From a virus, in IMG/VR virus record IMGVR_UViG_3300025154_000063, positions 1 to 64,000 of that record: DNA of 64,000 nt; one strand, written 5' to 3'. The notes below the pieces were generated by a model, which made no database searches, was not told the DNA's origin, and saw only the letters and a program-made list of their open reading frames with translations. The position numbers were made by a program, and so were the translations under genes. This document shows, in pieces, positions 59,486 through 64,000 of the stretch; within the stretch, counting starts at the first letter, position 1; the number at the start of each line of letters is the position of its first letter.

Positions 59486-59731
59486 ATGATTAGTTTAAGT
59501 AGTGATAACTTTGTATCAGTAGATACAGAAATCTCCCTCAAAGAATTAATACAGGTTGGACTAATCATAATGACTATTCCAGAAAAGCTGGCTGTAGTTA
59601 TGTATATAGATGGTTTTTCAAAGGGTGAAACAGCAGAGATACTTGGCTTTCATAGGGCTACTGTGAGTTCACATACAAAATCTGCTCTTGCTAAAGCACG
59701 TACAGTATTCCTAGAAAATTTGGAGGTTTAA
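59486..59731 (+). CDS. Sigma70 region 4-like HTH protein
   Basis: DGFSKGETAEILG...TVSSH...A-x-x-K-x-R. Confidence 0.7.
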   Translation: MISLSSDNFVSVDTEISLKELIQVGLIIMTIPEKLAVVMYIDGFSKGETAEILGFHRATVSSHTKSALAKARTVFLENLEV

Positions 59732-59733
59732 AT

Positions 59734-59940
59734 ATGCGAGGTCACAGATGCCTAGCCGGTTGTGGAAAAGCAATAACTTATAGGTTTGCTATTTGTTCAG
59801 ACTGTGAAAAGATTTATGGTAGAAGTTCTTTACAGTGGCCAGAGTGGTTACGTTACTCATGGAAACAAACACAGAAAGACCGCAGGAAAGAAAAGAAACA
59901 CAAGCAAAACTGTATCAACATTACGTTTAATGACATTTAG
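59734..59940 (+). CDS. Small Zn-finger protein
   Basis: CLAGCG...CSDC; GGAGG SD. Confidence 0.55.
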   Translation: MRGHRCLAGCGKAITYRFAICSDCEKIYGRSSLQWPEWLRYSWKQTQKDRRKEKKHKQNCINITFNDI

Positions 59941-60002
59941 TGACAATTGTGACATATTGACAAAAACTGTCAAATTTATGTCATTTACTCTGTGGAGGTT
60001 TT

Positions 60003-60818
60003 ATGGTTAAAAATAAAGATTTAGCAATTAGAGAAGACGCAGATTGGAATACCCTTGTATCTGCTTTAATTGATGAGATGGATACACAAGATATGCCCGA
60101 CAAAGTTATAACAGCTACGGAGTTATTACTGTGTGGATACCCAACAACAAAAGTAGCTAAAGAAATTGGAGTTACATCACAAACAGTTAGAAACTGGCTG
60201 TCATCATACCCTATAATGTCAGACATAATTGCTAGAGGAAAACCGCTCTTAGCACAGTGGCGCATGTCCAAACTTGAACAACAATTCTTTAAAGCAATTA
60301 ATAGGTCTGAGGATATACTTGGCGTTTCTTTAAGTGGCATTGACACAAAGACTGGTGAAAAAGTAGATGCAAAAATACTTACTGTTGTTGCAGCACAAGC
60401 CAGATATATTATTGGATTGTTTGCTGGTCAGCAATCTAATGTTAATGTTAGACACGAGCTTGATGACTCATTACTGCTTGCTCACACGGATGCACTAGAC
60501 TATATTACTCTACAGATGAAGAAACATCGTGAAGCAAATGAACCTATTGATGCAATAGTCAGAGTTATTGATGCTAAAGTTGATAACACAGCTCCCATGC
60601 TTGATGAAAATGGTGATGCACTATATGGAAAGCTCGGAGAAATTGATAAAACAGAAGATGGTATTCTTTGTCATGTTTGTGGCAAACGTCTACGAGGGTT
60701 CTCAGCACACATATCAACAGCACACACAATGACTGCAGACGATTATGAACTGATATTTGCTCTACCAACAAACTTACTTTCAAAAGCAGAAGACTACTGG
60801 AAAAATAAAAATGATTAA
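60003..60818 (+). CDS. Probable terminase small subunit (HTH + Ros/MucR-like Zn finger)
   Basis: HTH TTKVAKEIGVTSQTVRNW; C-terminal CHVCG...H...H..T-x-x-x-Y; directly upstream of TerL. Confidence 0.65.
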   Translation: MVKNKDLAIREDADWNTLVSALIDEMDTQDMPDKVITATELLLCGYPTTKVAKEIGVTSQTVRNWLSSYPIMSDIIARGKPLLAQWRMSKLEQQFFKAINRSEDILGVSLSGIDTKTGEKVDAKILTVVAAQARYIIGLFAGQQSNVNVRHELDDSLLLAHTDALDYITLQMKKHREANEPIDAIVRVIDAKVDNTAPMLDENGDALYGKLGEIDKTEDGILCHVCGKRLRGFSAHISTAHTMTADDYELIFALPTNLLSKAEDYWKNKND

Positions 60819-62691
60819 GATTAATGAGGAGCTAGCAAGTCTAGCTAGAAAAGACCCACTAGTTTGGGGTATTTTGCACGTTGATTTGGGGGATGGAAAA
60901 AAGTGGGAAGTTGAAACAAGAGCATGGATGAAAGAGATATATTCTGTTGTTAATCCATATGATATTGAAAGGTCTCCAGAAGGGTTAGCAAGGCGTATGT
61001 CTGTCATAAAAAGTACACAGTCTGGTCTTAGTACCATGGGTGTTGTTCGTATGCTACACTTTTTAACATCTTGGCCTAGTAGAGTAATTTACACACTACC
61101 TCGCCAAATGGACTCTATTGATTTTGCAACCACTCGTCTTGACCCCATCCTAAGGAAGTCACCATATCTTCGTGGACTACTTGGTTCTCCAGACTCCGTA
61201 CATGCTAAACGTATAGGAGATAGTTTTGCTTACATACTAGAAATGAGTGTTGAGCCTAGGTCTATCCCAGCAGATATTATCTTTATTGATGAGGTAGATT
61301 TGTCTGACCCAGCCAACATATCAACAGCACTCAACCGTCTCGATGCGTCTCGCTGGAAACTAAACTATTTCTTTAGTACCCCAACATTACCAGCTTATGG
61401 AATTCACTCCATCTATGAGGGAAGTGACATGAGGGAGTGGCTTGTTAAATGTCCAACATGTAACCACGAACAACTCATAGAATGGGAAACACACCTAAAG
61501 ATTGTAGGAACAAACCATAATCCAGAGAAGGTTTATTTTGGTTGTATAAGATGTGGTGCTGAAATAACACTGCCACATATACAAACAGGTAGATGGATTG
61601 CACAAAAACCAGACCTATCAAATCATCATATTGGCTTTCATGTATCCCAGATATTGTCATACTCTGCTTGGGATTTGTATAGGATTTTCCGTGACCCACA
61701 GACAAACATCATGGAATTTTATAGAAAACGTCTTGGTATGCCATATGAAATCAGTGGTGGTTCTATAACCCGTGATGACATTATGGAACAATGTTTTCTA
61801 GAACCATATCCAGAAGAAGACATTAGAGATAAAGACTCACAATACTTCATGGGTGTTGACCAAGGAAATGAATTACAGGTTCTTATAGGAAAGTTAGAGC
61901 CCGAATCAAACGTACCTAAATTGGTACACGCTGAACTCGTTCCAATGGAAAAGGGGTTCGACCGCATAGGTCAGCTTATGAATATCTTTAAAATAAAGCG
62001 CTGTGTTGTTGATGCAAACCCTAACAGACATGAGGCAGTAAGATTGGTTAAAGCATTTCCAAATAGGGTACTTATTGCAGACTACATTGAACAAAAGGAA
62101 ATGGTTAAGATTAAAAAATCTTTACTTGAGCTTCCTAAGCTCTTCACAGGTGTTGCAATAAACAGAACACTTGGATTTGATGCACTTGTAGCAGACATTA
62201 AAGATGGTAAATGGATGATGGCTGGTGAATTACCTAACCTAAGCTCTGAAATGGAACTGGTGATTGACCAGATGACCGCCATAAAGAGAGACCTAGAAAC
62301 AAGAAAGACCCCATCAGGTGAAGTACAAGTAGCTGTGTGGCGAAAGATTAGAGCAGACCACTTTGCACACTCTTGGCTATATCTAAAGACCGCCATTGAT
62401 GCCTTTAAAAAACGTGGTATGCGTATTGCTGTCATAGGAAAAACAGATATTGTTGAGGAAAGCTTGACAGAGATACTAGAAGATGATATAATTAAGAAAG
62501 CTATTTCTTCTTTGGCAGAAGTTCCACTTATTCAGCTTGCAGATTACTTAGCAAACTGGGAGTCAGAGGACTATGAGTACCCGTTCCCATTAAGCCATAA
62601 GATAGATGTTTGTAGAACATACGGTATTGGTGAACAGTATATTTTAAAGGCAATGGAAAAATTGGTCATTGACTCTAAACCAAAACTATGA
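60811..62691 (+). CDS. Terminase large subunit, gpA-like
   Basis: KSTQSGLS, IFIDEVD, STPT, CPTC..CIRC, GVDQG, DHFAH. Confidence 0.85.
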   Translation: MIKINEELASLARKDPLVWGILHVDLGDGKKWEVETRAWMKEIYSVVNPYDIERSPEGLARRMSVIKSTQSGLSTMGVVRMLHFLTSWPSRVIYTLPRQMDSIDFATTRLDPILRKSPYLRGLLGSPDSVHAKRIGDSFAYILEMSVEPRSIPADIIFIDEVDLSDPANISTALNRLDASRWKLNYFFSTPTLPAYGIHSIYEGSDMREWLVKCPTCNHEQLIEWETHLKIVGTNHNPEKVYFGCIRCGAEITLPHIQTGRWIAQKPDLSNHHIGFHVSQILSYSAWDLYRIFRDPQTNIMEFYRKRLGMPYEISGGSITRDDIMEQCFLEPYPEEDIRDKDSQYFMGVDQGNELQVLIGKLEPESNVPKLVHAELVPMEKGFDRIGQLMNIFKIKRCVVDANPNRHEAVRLVKAFPNRVLIADYIEQKEMVKIKKSLLELPKLFTGVAINRTLGFDALVADIKDGKWMMAGELPNLSSEMELVIDQMTAIKRDLETRKTPSGEVQVAVWRKIRADHFAHSWLYLKTAIDAFKKRGMRIAVIGKTDIVEESLTEILEDDIIKKAISSLAEVPLIQLADYLANWESEDYEYPFPLSHKIDVCRTYGIGEQYILKAMEKLVIDSKPKL

Positions 62692-62703
62692 TATAATTAA
62701 TGT
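62669..62703 (+). promoter_or_regulatory. sigmaA-type promoter overlapping the TerL stop
   Basis: TTGACT-17-TATAAT (TG extended) then TAATGT. Confidence 0.85.
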
Positions 62704-62717
62704 ATAAGTTTTTACAA

Positions 62718-63050
62718 TGGTTTTCCACGGTCAGAGGATTACCTACATACTGGCAAGAAATCGCCTTCGGACGATGAGTCTCAAGGAACTACTTGAAGTA
62801 GTTCGCAAAACTCGTCTAGGTACAGTGGCTGACGCACGGATGTTGACTCTGTTATGGAGACTTTCAACAAGACGCACTCACACCCAACGTGCAAAAAGTG
62901 GGTGCGTCTATAATTTATATGCACATGAACACTAGAAACCCCCCGTCCTCGTATGGGGAACACAGTGAGTCTGGTAAAGCGAGACTTGGGCAGATGCTCT
63001 AATTGAGCGTAGCTGTGTTCTTATTTCCCCTTTGTTTGGCAAGGGGGGAA
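62718..63050 (+). ncRNA. Candidate ~330-nt multi-hairpin ncRNA downstream of terminase
   Basis: About ten stems incl. GAACTACT/AGTAGTTC, AGACGCACTCAC/GTGGGTGCGTCT, GAACACAG/CTGTGTTC; GC-richer than flanks; own promoter. Confidence 0.6.
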
Positions 63051-63121
63051 TATATCAATTTACTTTTAGTATATATTTATACTTATTTTTAAAGCACGTC
63101 ACAGAGCACTTAGGAGATAAA

Positions 63122-63340
63122 ATGATATTTAATTTAGTAACAAAAAGTGATTTAGAAAAATCTATATTAAAAGGAATAATGGAAAGTATTATTACTTTAG
63201 ATAAATCTAAATCATATATTCTGGTGTTTCCAGAAGAATTAGAACTTTCAGTAGACATAGCTAAACAGTTAGCAGAGTTTACTAAAGAGCATAATATGTT
63301 TATTATACAGTCAAATAATCTTAAATTAATTGAACTGTAA
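63122..63340 (+). CDS. Hypothetical protein
   Basis: GGAG SD before ATG 63122. Confidence 0.55.
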   Translation: MIFNLVTKSDLEKSILKGIMESIITLDKSKSYILVFPEELELSVDIAKQLAEFTKEHNMFIIQSNNLKLIEL

Positions 63341-63366
63341 TTTTCATGTGTAAAGGAGTGTGAACC

Positions 63367-63954
63367 TTGAATAAGTTGTTGAAGAATGTTTTGGTTTTGT
63401 TAGTTGCTTTTTCTTTTTTGTTGTCATCGTGTGATGCTGTACCGGCTGATTACCAGACAGCTATAGCTAGTGGTGAGGTCAGGGAGCAGGAGTGTGTAAG
63501 TGCTCCATCAGATAATGGTAAAATGTGGGCTATGAATAGCTGTGTGTGGGTATCTACAGTGGCTTATGAAGTTACTGTACGTATTAGTGATGACCTGCTA
63601 AGCACACAGACAATTAATTCTGAATCATATGGTTCTGTAGTAGGCATGGGAGGCTCAGTATATGGGTCATCTAGCTCACGAATGTGGACAGAGGGCAAGG
63701 GAACAGTACCAGTTAAACTATTAAATATATCACATGAGTTTCCAATGGTTGAGGTTGGTCAATTAATTATACTAAAAACTACCGACTTAAAAGCAATCTC
63801 TTTACCTGTTGGAGCTATTGTACTGTTCGTTTGCAGTCAGGATGCTGAGGTAACTTCACCAGTGTACTCTGGTCAACTGTTAACTACTGATAGAGTTACT
63901 TATGAATTGGATAACTGCAGAATGAAGTCGCCGGCGTTTACAATGGGAGAATAA
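63367..63954 (+). CDS. Putative lipoprotein
   Basis: Basic N-terminus, hydrophobic stretch, LSSC lipobox. Confidence 0.65.
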   Translation: MNKLLKNVLVLLVAFSFLLSSCDAVPADYQTAIASGEVREQECVSAPSDNGKMWAMNSCVWVSTVAYEVTVRISDDLLSTQTINSESYGSVVGMGGSVYGSSSSRMWTEGKGTVPVKLLNISHEFPMVEVGQLIILKTTDLKAISLPVGAIVLFVCSQDAEVTSPVYSGQLLTTDRVTYELDNCRMKSPAFTMGE

Positions 63955-64000
63955 TATGGCAACAATAGTTGGGCAGAAATTCCGTGTGTACGTAGTTGCA

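Noticed and set aside
62740-62800. c-di-GMP-I riboswitch
   Set aside because: Only GGCAA resembles it; GNRA loop, GCAAA motif and receptor are missing
1-64000. Prophage/integration module
   Set aside because: No integrase, repressor cassette, att-like tRNA duplication or host genes recognised in this window

Overview
A 64-kb segment of a tailed dsDNA bacteriophage genome (Caudoviricetes), probably lytic (no integrase seen) and probably infecting a monoderm bacterium (inferred from sigmaA-type extended -10 promoters, strong SD sites, a C39-SH3b-GH25 endolysin plus holins and no recognisable spanins). Layout: end of tail module and lysis genes (1-5.9 kb, +); exonucleases and Prim-Pol (6-9.4 kb, +); a long leftward block with atypical DnaB-like helicase, PolA, ParB, GP88-like, ArdC, a PTP-family phosphatase and dozens of small early ORFs (9.5-36 kb); an ~8-kb RNA-gene island (39.5-47.5 kb, -) with 30 canonical tRNAs covering all 20 amino acids, RtcB, a TAGT/GREB1-like glycosyltransferase and an HNH; RNA-repair and nucleotide genes (ThyX-like, Rnl5-type ligase, metallophosphoesterase, MazG, class II RNR interrupted by an in-frame TAA), resolvase and SSB; then small and large terminase (+). 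The most unusual content is RNA: two tRNA-Arg(UCU/CCU)-like genes with no D arm and a D-loop-like GGA element moved 3' of the anticodon arm, two circularly permuted (YrlA-like topology) tRNA-Glu derivatives, three further tRNA-shaped RNAs, and several 90-330 nt highly paired ncRNA candidates, one with its own promoter right after the terminase. All RNA structures were folded by eye and protein calls are from motif recognition, not database searches.
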